DNA of 63,981 bases, filler included, from Reticulomyxa filosa (Eukaryota > Protista > Foraminifera), in the NCBI GenBank assembly GCA_000512085.1. It is 23 parts of 23 records of this genome, joined end to end, with 100 filler letters (N's around TTAATTAATTAA, not from the genome) between each part and the next. Parts side by side here need not be neighbours in the genome. Positions count along the whole stretch, not along the records: positions 49,773 to 55,231 come from ASPP01005598.1; positions 55,332 to 56,688 come from ASPP01008823.1; positions 56,789 to 59,198 come from ASPP01006984.1; positions 59,299 to 61,202 come from ASPP01002215.1; positions 61,303 to 62,759 come from ASPP01019635.1; 18 more parts are not named here. One strand, 5' to 3'. Numbering within the stretch: position 1 is the stretch's first letter; every line of letters starts with the position of its first letter. The position numbers and the translations under genes are program-made. Below the pieces are notes generated by a model. That model saw nothing but the letters and a program-made list of their open reading frames with translations, did not search any database and was not told the DNA's origin. Below are positions 51,535 through 62,859 of the stretch, one piece after another.

Positions 51535-52170
51535 GTAATAATAATAATAATAATAATAATACTAATAACAATAATAATACTAATAACAATAACAATAATA
51601 ATAACAATAACAATAATAATAACATTAGCAATAACAACAGCAATTTCAATAGCAATGCTCCTATTAATACCAGTGTTCCCATTGCAAAGTACGCGACACC
51701 ACTAATCAAAGCACACAGTGACGTATCAATGCATGACAGCAACTCGAGCATTGAACTCAAAAAAAAAAGATATCGATACGAAATGTCGTATCACCAATCG
51801 AGGTCAGATGGAAATGTGAAAAGTAGTCCGAGCCTGGAAAAATCCAAGTCACCGCCGACAAACGTGACTCAACTACTTCAATTGCAATTGTTCGAAGACA
51901 GTCTGACTAGTAACCAAAGCAGGATTGATGTATGCCTTTTCTGCGTCTCTAGCTTTGCGCTTTGTGTTCAAGTTGTCAGGGAAAGGGGAAACGCACACAC
52001 AAAAACATGAAAGGGAGTTGTGGAGAAGGCAAGGAAGGAACAAAGAAAGGAACGAATGGAATGCCAATTGAAACCGGAAAATTGCAATTTGGATATGGAA
52101 TTTGATCAGTTTTTTTGACAAAGAGTTTGACCGGTGGAAACTTGTCAAAGAAAGTGGGACCAATGAAATG
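49773..52170 (+). CDS. ABHD17/ABHD13-like alpha/beta-hydrolase C-terminal half fused to a long helical and poly-Asn extension; exons to 50154, 50251-50505, 50791-51929, then about 51980-52170
   Basis: IFNNLACVEAMISRVVLIFHGVTDSIVPIDHSLAL (catalytic Asp region) and RGHNDI (catalytic His). Phase-1 introns 50155-50250 and 50506-50790 keep the frame. The nucleophile Ser is outside the contig. Confidence 0.7.
51485..51640 (+). repeat. (AAT/AAC)n coding microsatellite, poly-Asn
   Basis: About 50 codons, nearly all Asn, within the 50791-51929 exon. Confidence 0.95.
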
Positions 52171-53724
52171 ATATGGGATTGGAAACCACAGCTTCAATAC
52201 ACAAGTAATTATCCAGATTATGGAAACGGTACTTCTTTGCCTAGAGTAAATCCACATTATATAAACGTATGATTGCCAAACAAAACATTTCTTTATTTTA
52301 TTTTTTTTTATTCGGTTCATATTTTCACAAAAATAATTTTCGCACCTATTCATCTTTGATTTTAAAATTCCCTTTGTTTTACTCCATTGTTTACAAAAAA
52401 AAACTTGAATCCATTTTTTCCACTTTGTTTGTAACTCAATTTCGTGCAACAGGACAAACCACACATTTTTGTGAGAACAACTCTTACATGAATTATTGCA
52501 GAGCAAATATTTTAATTAGTGCAAAGTTTTGATTTAAATGAAATTATTCGCAAGATAATCTTCATGCAAAAAATTTCTTTTGGAATGACACCAAGGAATT
52601 TATAATTTGTTTTTGGAAAATTTGGGGTTTTACTTGTATTTTGTATGTAACAGACCAACTGGTGCAGCTTAAAAACGATCATATTTGAATGTTTTTTTGC
52701 TCTGGTATTTGACAAATGGGTTAGAGTTTACACTCAAGCCATAGAAATATGTTATCCCTTAAAAGTTTATTTAACATACAGAAATAATTGCCGGAAAAAA
52801 AGTGTTACTCACAGCAATTTTTTCTCTACCTTTGTTACCTTTTTGGAACTTACTGTCCTTTTTCTTTCATGAATTTATATGTATTGTTCGAGTTAAATCT
52901 TAAATATAATATTAACATTATAATTAACTACAATAAATTCACACGTTAGTTTGTATCTTGGGTATCATTTCGTTGTTTTTTCTATTAAAGAAAATTAAAA
53001 AAAGTATTTTGACCATTTAACGCGCTTTTGCTTCGGTTTTTATGTTCAATTTTTACGTATCTTGTTTCATAAAATTTAATTTTTTGTCAAAAAAAAAACC
53101 AAACTCATTACAATGATAAACTTTTGTTGTATATGATAACATTTTGCAACAATATAATCTTGAATCAAATAAAAAAAAAATCAAAATAATATACAACAAA
53201 ACTTGTAATAAGCTAACGTTTACTTTGTTATTATTTAAGCCGATAGAATACTTTTGCATACAATACTGTTTTTTCCAGCTTCAATTTTTTGTGTTGTTAT
53301 ATTGTTTGAAACGAATGTACATACAGAAAAAAACTTAACTTGCTTTAGGTAGCTTAAATTATGCAGTAAAGTACTGAAAAAAACAAACAAACTTCTTTAC
53401 AATTTTTTTTTTAGAAGAATTTTTTTTTTCCTTTTCTGACAATCTTTAAGTACCCTTTTTCATGTGACACAGATACATCATTTACATAAGTTGTCATTAT
53501 TCTTATGGACCCACTAATTTTTTAATGTTTTTAAATAATATGAAAAGACAATATGTTATTTGTCATTAGTACAGTAAAAAATAACCAATATAGAGACACT
53601 TGGTTTGACAACGACTCCGGTCGGCAATAAACAGGCAACCTATTTCGAAAAGCAGACTTGTTGTAAGAAAAAAAAAGTAAAACATATCAGGGCGACTAGC
53701 TAGTTTTTTTCTGCAAGAACCTTG

Positions 53725-55079
53725 TACACTGATGTGTGAGAACGAAGTGAAAATACAAGAATTTGAGCTGGCAAAGTTCGAAGAAAGGAAAATTCGAGAT
53801 GAAGATTTGGAAGGTATGTCGTCAGGTTCAGTGTCGGACGTGTGTGGAAACGACGACGTGAGGATATCCCGCCAGACGCCAGGAGGACTAAATAATATTG
53901 TGTCAAAATCCGCTAATCACAGCAAAGAGAAAGATCGTCGAAATTCCAAAAAGCGTACCAAAAAATCCGAAACAAAAAGCAGCAAAAAATCCAAGTATTG
54001 TATTTTTAAGAAAGGGGACATACCAAAGTCAAAAAAACACCCAAAATTCAAAAACAAGAAAAAGTTGTTTGAGTCTGTTTTTTTTTTTTTGTTTTGTTTT
54101 AATAATAATAATAAAAACTAGAAAGCCAAGAGCGTCAGAAAAGAAAAGTGAGAAAGCCCGAAAGAAAAAAAAAGAAGGAAAGCACAGCAAAAAAATGTAT
54201 CCTAAAAACGGAACAAGAAAGTTCGGCCGACACCGAGACGAAAGAAGCAGCAGTGACGAGTTGAACGAGGGATCAGATTCGGAATGGCGAGACAATATGA
54301 ATCGCGAGAATGTTTGCGAGTGGAATTCGAATTTGAAGTCCGTTCCAGAAGAGCTGAGCAATCCAATGGCATTGCCATTGTCACGACTCGATATGCCCAA
54401 TATCCCAGTGTTGATGAACAATGGCGGGCCATTGTCGATCCACCCCGCATTCGACGGCCAATTGGATGGTATGATTTCGCCGGCAATGGCGTTTGTTGCG
54501 GATCATCCGTGCAATAGCATTGACAACATGCGACTGGCCCCGAGTGTCAATTTGGATATGAAGACGGGTGCAAATATGGACATGTCGTGTGGTCCGTGCG
54601 AGTCATTTCTGAAGTGTAATGGACTCTCCTTTGTGCCTTTGAATGAAAGAGAGCACAACATCATGGGATCACCTCCATTGCCCATCGCACATAGAGATTA
54701 CGGGCACGACGAACTCGACATGGTTGGCATGGACTTTCATAAGAATATTATGTGTTGCATCCCTGGTTTGTATTTTTTTATTATTATTATTATTATTATT
54801 GTTACCCATAACAGTTGTGATGCAAAAGTATCCTTTGTTTATCTATTTATTATTTTTGTTGTTGTTGTTGTTGTTGTTGTTGTCTTGCCATTAACAAAGA
54901 CACGGAGCACGAATACTTTAATGAGCCCAACCAGTTTCATAGCAGCAGCTGCTGTACCAGCTCTCCTGTGATGGATAAGCTTCGTTGCGATTGTGACAGC
55001 GGTCATGGTTACAATTGCTTCCATTGCAATTTGGACCACAACTCGAACACTTGCAGACAATGCAGAGACAGTCACTAGT
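53725..55079 (+). CDS. Multi-exon Lys/Ser-rich hypothetical protein with a Cys/His-rich C-terminus
   Basis: GC-richer exons at about 53725-53994, 54122-54765 and 54900-55079, separated by AT-rich introns. Ends ...CDCDSGHGYNCFHCNLDHNSNTCRQCRDSH*. Confidence 0.55.
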
Positions 55080-55190
55080 ATGACACACTTTTCATTGCGT
55101 GTAATTCAAACAGCAAAAAAAAAAAAAAATGTGGAGGCAAGGCACGTATACGTGCATAGACTCCATGGCTCTCAATATCTTTTTTCGTAC

Positions 55191-55231
<41 letters not shown>

Positions 55232-55413
55232 NNNNNNNNNNNNNNNNNNNNNNNNNNNNNNNNNNNNNNNNNNNNTTAATTAATTAANNNNNNNNNNNNN
55301 NNNNNNNNNNNNNNNNNNNNNNNNNNNNNNNATATATATATATAATTTTTTTTTTTTAAAAAAAAAAAAAAGGTCCTTTTACCAAAAAAAAAAAAAAAAG
55401 TAATACGTAAGTA

Positions 55414-55940
55414 CAGACTTTGCCGTGTCTTGTGGTTGTAATGGTACCAGGGTGAGTATTGGATAAACGAATGACCAGTTGAGACGGGTCGTCTTGCACC
55501 AATTTCGCGGCCTCCATTGTTTCTAAAAATGGCCAAAAGCAAGGGTCAGACCACGCCTCTTCTAATGCTTTTTTTTGTTGCATAGTGTTACCCCTTTTTT
55601 TTTTGTTTTCGAAATGCTCAAAGCAACATATTATACAAAGTCAACTTTTCAGATTTTGTTCTTTAAAAGCCACCCATTCCACCAATTTCCGGAAACGGGC
55701 TGCGTCAACGTCATGACAGCTCTTTAGTGTTTTGTCTGTAACCAACCGCTTCAACCGTTGGAGAATTTGTTCGTAATGCTTCACTACAGACTCAATGCTG
55801 TCAAATTCTTTCTCTAGTGGTGACGCTTTTTCCACAGAACAAATAGCACAATATTAACAGAATAAACAATAAAACAATATGTCATAAAAGCTACAAAACA
55901 ACGATAAGTCGGAGCACTAGGTCGTAATGATCGTCGTCCA
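55414..55940 (-). CDS. Partial protein with a putative SH2-like domain start
   Basis: Exon at about 55592-55414 encodes AWSDPCFWPFLETMEAAKLVQDDPSQLVIRLSNTHPGTITTT, resembling SH2 (F.G.L...EA..LL......FL(V/I)RFS...PG.(F/I)T). Preceded by a helical exon at 55645-55825. Confidence 0.5.
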
Positions 55941-56220
55941 TGCATTTTACTTTCCCCCCTTTTTTAACCGTTATATTTCTTCTTTATGTACCTATAATAT
56001 ATGTCGTTTTTTTTTAAGTTGTGACGTTATCGCAAAAGTAAAAAAAAAGAAAACTTGTTGATATAAGACAAATATTTCGGGCATTACTTTTGATACTCTT
56101 TGCTTATTTGTAGCAACATAACATTATCGTAACTAGTACAGAGCTTGCCAGGTAAGGACGTCAGGTCCAATAGCAATAAATAAATCCTTTCGTTGCATAT
56201 ACGAATCTGGATTAGGAGAG

Positions 56221-56605
56221 ATGAGCACACAATTCTTTGACCGACTACGTAGAAAAGTCTCTGGTCCACACAAACCATTTCATTATGGAAGCAAAGAAGT
56301 GAATTCCAGGACTAGTGCGCACGAAGCAGAGGAGGTCGAAGATGCATTGGGCGTGGACAAGAATAGTCAAAACAACCAAAAAGAAAGCAAAAAGAGTGTA
56401 AATCAGCAAAGCGTAGAAAACACAAATATGTGTACCCCATATGCGGATTGGAAAGATGAGCGAGCAGCATCGGTAATGACAATGGCCGAGCACAGCTTTT
56501 ATAAATACGAGACAGAAGAGAACACATTGGACGAAGACACCTTTGATGATTTTGATGAAGTGGAAAAGTATCACAACATATCAACAAACAACACCCCAAC
56601 GCCAG
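56221..56605 (+). CDS. N-terminal exon of an acidic hypothetical protein
   Basis: ATG-initiated 171-aa ORF running into an intron and the contig end; divergent from the SH2-like gene. Confidence 0.55.
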
Positions 56606-56788
56606 ACCATTCTGTCGGAGTTTTGAAAGCATCACAATTGAAATTTTGTTGTTGTTATAAACCTCTCTTCCTCTCCCCCCCCCCCCTTNNNNNNNNNNNN
56701 NNNNNNNNNNNNNNNNNNNNNNNNNNNNNNNNTTAATTAATTAANNNNNNNNNNNNNNNNNNNNNNNNNNNNNNNNNNNNNNNNNNNN

Positions 56789-56825
<37 letters not shown>

Positions 56826-56826
<1 letters not shown>

Positions 56827-58168
56827 AGAGAAGCCGAAGAAAGAGAAAAAAAGAAACAAGAAAACGAAGAAGAAGAACAATTCAATCAGAAGAAACAAGA
56901 CATGAAGAACAAATTGAAAGGACTAGTCTACAACGGTGCCAAGCGAGCCGCGAAGGAAAACGGTAAGTCGGTGGAGCTGAGAGCGGGGATGAAAATTGAG
57001 TTCAAAGCTCCGAAACCCTTTATTGACGGCGGCACGTCCTGGCAGTTTGTGACATGTCGGATTTTGAAAATCGGAGACCGCTACGAGATGTGGAAGAAGC
57101 GTATCCCTTTCCAAGTCGAAGCCGGGTTTCATCAGCCGGAAATGGGGGACCAAATTCATGTGTTCGACTTCGACGAGCCGTCAAACGAGACGTGGGTTTA
57201 CGTGAAGCATTGCAAACTATTGCCATCGTCTATTGAAGACGAACGTCCTGCCGAGGTGTGTCTTTGATAATTGTTTGTATGTATGTATGTATGTATGTAT
57301 GTATGTATGTATGTATGTATATATTTTATTTGTTTGTTTGTTTTTCTATTTTCCTTGCTCATCAAGGCCTCATTGTTGACTGACTTGATTGGATTGGGGA
57401 CGGAGGTTTGCTTGACAGTACGAAAAGGCAATGGAACAGATGGTGAATGACGCCTTGGAGGATGTGAAAGAAAATGCGGATTATTATCACGTGCTCAACC
57501 CACTGACGAAGAAGCATATCGATCAACGCTACAGCATGGCCGACTCCGAACAAAGACCGCGCAAGCGAAAACTCGGTGATGTCATTGACCCCAAGGAAAC
57601 AGGGAGCCATTGCTGGAAGAAACCGAAGCTAGCATTGCAACCTCACGACGATGCTAGTGCAGGTGGGAATGATAATCACCCGTTTTACAGAAAACTAAAA
57701 CAGGCCAAAATCTCCCAGTTTTTCAACGACAAACAGAGCGCCGACGACCATCCTTGTCACGGCTGTTCAAACAGTCCTTTTGTCTCCGATGACGACGCCA
57801 CGCCTCGGAAAAAGTTGGCGGCATGTAAACCTGAGATTGTGAATGAACACGAAGAGTCCAACGACTCCAGTCAAGATCAAATGACTGAAGAGACATTACC
57901 TACGCTATCGCCCTACGATTGTACTAATGATCATTGCGATAACAATCATAATAGTGATAATAAAAACAAGACTGACAATGCTGTGACTGACGCTTCACAG
58001 GGCTGTCTTTTCCCTTCTCTCAATCATATGCCTCAGGATTCACACCTCAATCTCAATTGCACTGCCAACGACTCCTCCACTGAACAAGAGCTACCATCTC
58101 TCGAACCTATACACACTGTTCTCACCACTGACGCTGTGAATTTGACTCTTGTCGGTTCACTTCAATGA
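56826..58168 (+). CDS. 3' part of a hypothetical protein (exons about 56826-57255 and 57367-58168)
   Basis: GC-richer ORFs separated by an intron containing (GTAT)n. Basic NLS-like RPRKRK; stop TGA 58168. Confidence 0.65.
57277..57320 (+). repeat. (GTAT)11 intronic microsatellite
   Basis: Direct reading of the sequence. Confidence 0.9.
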
Positions 58169-58641
58169 AAGCAAAAATATCTGTCTCGTTTGTTCATATG
58201 GCCTTGTGGTGGGTAACCACCTGGACTATAATGGTCCGGGCGTGAAGTTTGCTCTCAAAATTCGAATATTTTTAGCTGTCATTCAAAAAAAAAGCTGTTT
58301 CAGTCGCATTTTTAAAAAAATTCTTCTTGGCTTGTTTTCCTTCAACGAAATATTTAATTAAAAAACTTGAATCACGATTTTTTGATCGATGTCTTCCCAA
58401 AAAAAAAATGTAAGGAATAAATGTATTTCGTTTCTGCTAAACAAACGTCAAAACGAATGTCACCGAAACAGTTTTTAAATCCAATACAAGTGCGAGCTGG
58501 AGGCACTTGGAGAGTGTAAAAGATATTTTTGCATACTGAGATCGTGAAAGGAAAAGAAAAACAAGCGACGCTTAACAAAGTTTTTGTTAAGTTCCGGCAA
58601 ATTTTTAAAATTTTTCCCAATACGCGCGTTGAAGGTTGTGA

Positions 58642-59063
58642 AATGTCGAATCAATTGTATCCTCGTGGCCGCCCTCAACGTGTGCCAGGTGATCCTTCCT
58701 TCATACCAGGCCATAGGATGCATCAAATTCAAAATCGCTATCATACTCACCGTTCTCCAAACTACGTGGAGAGCGCGGTGCCGTCAACAGATTCAACACA
58801 ATTGCCAAGCGGAATATCGAACACAAATGTGGGTTCAGCAGTGGACAGCAACCGCCAATCGAACCCAAGCAACGGTCCAGGGATGTATGCAACCTACGAG
58901 GACAGCCATAACTATTCGAATAAATCGCCCATCTCGCAAACGCTCGAAGAGCGAGAGCCCGCGAATGCACATGTGGACATAGAAGCCTTACCAACACGGC
59001 ACATTTTTAACTTTAGCAACGAGATTGACGCTTCACACCCACACTACCGGCCTGCACTTGTTG
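58642..59063 (+). CDS. N-terminal exon of a low-complexity hypothetical protein
   Basis: MSNQLYPRGRPQRVPGDPSFIPG...; probable GTAAAG donor near 59064 followed by a T-rich intron. Confidence 0.5.
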
Positions 59064-59148
59064 GTAAAGGCAAACATTCCTTGTCTTTCGTGTTACGTTT
59101 TTTTTTGTTTTTCTGACCTTCGCGTTCATCAGGACGGGGTTCCCCTTT

Positions 59149-59187
<39 letters not shown>

Positions 59188-59298
59188 GGTTGTTTTTTNN
59201 NNNNNNNNNNNNNNNNNNNNNNNNNNNNNNNNNNNNNNNNNNTTAATTAATTAANNNNNNNNNNNNNNNNNNNNNNNNNNNNNNNNNNNNNNNNNNNN

Positions 59299-59788
59299 CA
59301 ACAACGATTAATCCTTGTTCATTACTGTGTATCATTTGTTCAACTATTTTTGATGCTTCCACATTGCATTTTCTCCAAAACTTATTCCAATGCTTTTTAA
59401 AGTCCAATGGCTCTGGGATTTCTTCTTTCTCTCTTGTCAGTTGTTCGTTTTCTTTCATTTTTGAGATGTCTTCTATTTGATATCAATGCCTGTTCTTATG
59501 TCCAAAGGCGGCATTCGTTATTAAGATATTTTACAAAATTATGAAAAAGAAACCTGATTGAACTTGAATAGTAAAATACACTGGATCTTTTTTAAATGCG
59601 TGAATCACACTTTCATCTGTTTCAATTTGCCAGCCATCCCCATCAACGATTGTTAGCAATACTTCGTCTATCTTTTTTGGACGAGTGACTTGAATCACTT
59701 GCTGCTTTAAATGTTTCATCGTCAGTTCTTGCAATATTATCATATGTGCTTTTCCTTCAGCATTAACATACGCTTTAAACGAAGTCAT
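59299..59788 (-). CDS. N-terminal part of a protein with a PB1-like (ubiquitin-fold) domain
   Basis: FKAYV...L..L...L...V...LTIVDGDGWQIETDESVIHAF resembles PB1, with a basic K in strand 1 and an OPCA-like D-x-D-G-x-x-I-x-(S/T)D motif. Second exon IPEPLDFKKHWNKFW... is cut by the contig end. Confidence 0.6.
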
Positions 59789-60000
59789 TCTTATGAAATG
59801 ATGACTAATTGAACTTTTTAACGTTTTTTTTAGTCAAAAATAGAAAGCTTCAATTGACGGAATAGATTAGCTTGAAAATTTTTTAAAGTTATTTCTTGTC
59901 GAGTGTTGAATAAACTAGAACGACAGCAATAATTTGATTTTGTCAAACCCTTTGAAATACCTAAACAATTTGTTTAAATAATTTATTGCTTCCTTTTAAA

Positions 60001-60093
60001 AGTGAGATTAAATTTATTATTCAATGTTAGATTCGAATTTCAGAAATAAAATTATGATGGATTGATGGTTTTGACAAAATTATTATAAAATAC
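60001..60093 (+). pseudogene. Isolated decayed copy of the 'WIR/LGWI.DFDK' module
   Basis: SEIKFIIQC*IRISEIKL*WIDGFDKIIIKY, with two stops at the conserved W and G positions. Confidence 0.7.
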
Positions 60094-60474
60094 CTTAAAA
60101 GTACTAATTTTGGTATAAAATAACTATGAAGAAGCACAATTGAATTATCTCTAAATAATGTCTTCTTTAAATACTTATCATAAAAGTGCAATTCTGCAGT
60201 ATTTAAAAAAATTGATTCATTACTGTAGACTTATCCGTTGTGACAAATAAAAAACAATGATATGAATAACATCACATTGACCCCAGTAACGTCAGCGAGT
60301 TCCCACTTAATAAGCGAAGCTTAAAAATCTAATTATACCCCCAACTATCATAACGCACACCTTTTATAATTATTATTTCTCATAGAAATTTTTAAATTCT
60401 TTTTTTTGATTATTTTATCAAAAATATATTGATAAATTCCATTTTTTATTGAAAAAATTGTAAATTCTCTCTAT

Positions 60475-61150
60475 TTGATTTCTTTTCTCTTTCCAAGCGG
60501 AGATTCAACTTTTGGAGGGAAGTTAATCTTTGTCACTGACTTGCAAAGCTGCAGTATGAGCAAAGGCGAGATATTGGAAGACACAGCTCGTTGTCTGACC
60601 CAATATTGCAGCGCAGTGTGTACGTCATTATACCAAAGGTGCAGCAACCGACAAGCGGTTTTAGATTTGTTTACGATGTTTGAATACAGCAAGAGACAGA
60701 AAATTGATGAATCGACTGTGATTTTCATCGGTGATTTGAAATAGAAGAACAGTGTATTCATTGGTTCAGGCTTTGCTCAAATCCAGAAATAGTAAGGTTC
60801 ACTTAGTGTCACCGAAATTTTTTGGCTTTCTGGATGAATGTAAAAGTAAGCTGATTGGGGATGAACATATCAAGAAATATAATAATGTCATTGTTGAATC
60901 GGAAGAAACACTTCTTTAAACTGTTGATGTCGTGTATCTCGTATCCAAAAGAACGCTTTTTGATAGTAGCATTTTTACGAAAAGTTTAAAGCGTCTGAGC
61001 ATAATATAATTTTAATGTATCTTTTGTAACGAGTTGACGAAATCGCTATCGAATGTGACGATTCAAGTACTTCCAACATATGAAATGTGGGATGTACATG
61101 CGAATAGCTTTACTGAGCAATCACTAACAAATGAATGAAAAAATGATCAA
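60475..61150 (+). pseudogene. Decayed coding sequence of unknown family
   Basis: Protein-like composition across several short frames interrupted by stops; no family recognised. Confidence 0.3.
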
Positions 61151-61549
61151 ATAAACAATACTATAGCAAGGCATTTGTTCTGGTTAGCTTGATAATTGTT
61201 GTNNNNNNNNNNNNNNNNNNNNNNNNNNNNNNNNNNNNNNNNNNNNTTAATTAATTAANNNNNNNNNNNNNNNNNNNNNNNNNNNNNNNNNNNNNNNNNN
61301 NNTACTATCAAAGAGCCATCATCCATTCCTCTCAATTCCAATTGAACAATTGAACAGGGTCTCTTCCCAGCCAAAACTTCACCACAATAGAAAGCCCTCA
61401 TTCATCTCTTTTTTGTCACTGTGAATGTTTTGATATCGAAGAAAAAAGAAGAAAAGAAAAGAAACGATTTCCACATTAATCTAGCCCAGTATAATACTGT
61501 GGTATGTTATCTTTTGCTTTCTCCTCTCTCCCCTCCTTCACAAGACAAC

Positions 61550-62730
61550 GCTACAAACTGAATTGACATAGAACGGATTGTGTTGCATATTTGTATGGAT
61601 CAGACTTGATGAAACTGCTGGAGTCGCTGTTGCATGAAACGAGCATGTGATCAACACCTTTGCTGAAGAAATATTGTGTGGTATTAACGAAACAAAAATA
61701 TTTGGCAATCTTCGCTTTGCAACAAAAGCGATACATTTCACAATTGCATAAACTTTGTGAGATTTGATATGCTCAAGGAATCTTCAAATCATCACAAGAA
61801 AGTATTACATGTTCGTATCTTTAGTAGGAATATGTACAAGTGAATCAAGCAATATCCAACTATTTATATCAACTGTAAATAGTGAACAATGCTTTATGTC
61901 AATCGCTGATTAATATCGGCATTTGCTTCTTCAAAGTGTTGAGATTTGGATGTTACTTGTGTTCAAGACAATTTATTTACTAGTCTTCATATTTTGTTGC
62001 TCTTTTTTTTTTTTTGTGACCGAAACACTGTTATTCTAAACAAGTATTAAATTATGTAATAGTTTCCTGTGCTTTTGAAAAAAACTTTTGAGAAAAAATA
62101 CTTGCATATGATACAATATGCTATCGTCGTTTGACATACGGTAAAATCCACTTTATTTTGAAGATATCTTCTGTTTTTGTTTTTTTGCATCGTCAATTAT
62201 TTCTATCTTTTCAATGCTATTCACCGATAAAGTACTTTGAAATAAATTTTATTCAATTGGTTTCAGTCATATTTATTAAGGAGAAGTACTTTAATACCTA
62301 AATTAACACGCTATCTCCAGTGATTTGGTAATGGAAAAAATAGTATCGTGTATACTCTATGCACTGGCTAATTTCTTCATGTGGATTGTCAGGCTTCACT
62401 GAATATGTTTTGGACCAGAAAAAGTAGTTTGAAAGATCTGGAACGGGACATACGGCAATAAAGTGTAGCTAGCAATAGGATTTGTGATAAGAAAGAGCCG
62501 GTTAGTTGAATAAAATTAAGTAACACTTAGTGTTACCAATGCCAAGACTCGCTGAGTAAAGAAGCACGAACTTGTTATCAAAGTACGTATCATCATTGAC
62601 AGACGGGCATAGGAACGAGTTGGTGAAGACATTAAACTTTGTGTGGAGATGTTTTTCAATGAGGGAATTGATGTTCATGTAGAGAGTTTTTTGTTTGCCG
62701 TCCGTCAATATGTCACACAAAACAATAGCA
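61550..62730 (-). pseudogene. Decayed coding sequence of unknown family
   Basis: Moderately GC-richer stretch with short protein-like frames (e.g. 62502-62720) broken by stops; strand uncertain. Confidence 0.25.
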
Positions 62731-62859
62731 TATTTATACTCGTTGAATTATATGCACGTNNNNNNNNNNNNNNNNNNNNNNNNNNNNNNNNNNNNNNNNN
62801 NNNTTAATTAATTAANNNNNNNNNNNNNNNNNNNNNNNNNNNNNNNNNNNNNNNNNNNN

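Noticed and set aside
51440-51760. Poly-Leu and poly-Ile ORFs as membrane proteins (also 49725-49971 and 62804-63044)
   Set aside because: Alternative-frame or antisense readings of (AAT)n and (GGCAAT)n microsatellites.
60001-60093. Stop-codon reassignment suggested by TAG/TGA at conserved Trp positions (also 28957)
   Set aside because: Intact paralogues use TGG there, genes end at TAA, TAG and TGA, and these copies carry other lesions; ordinary pseudogene decay explains it.
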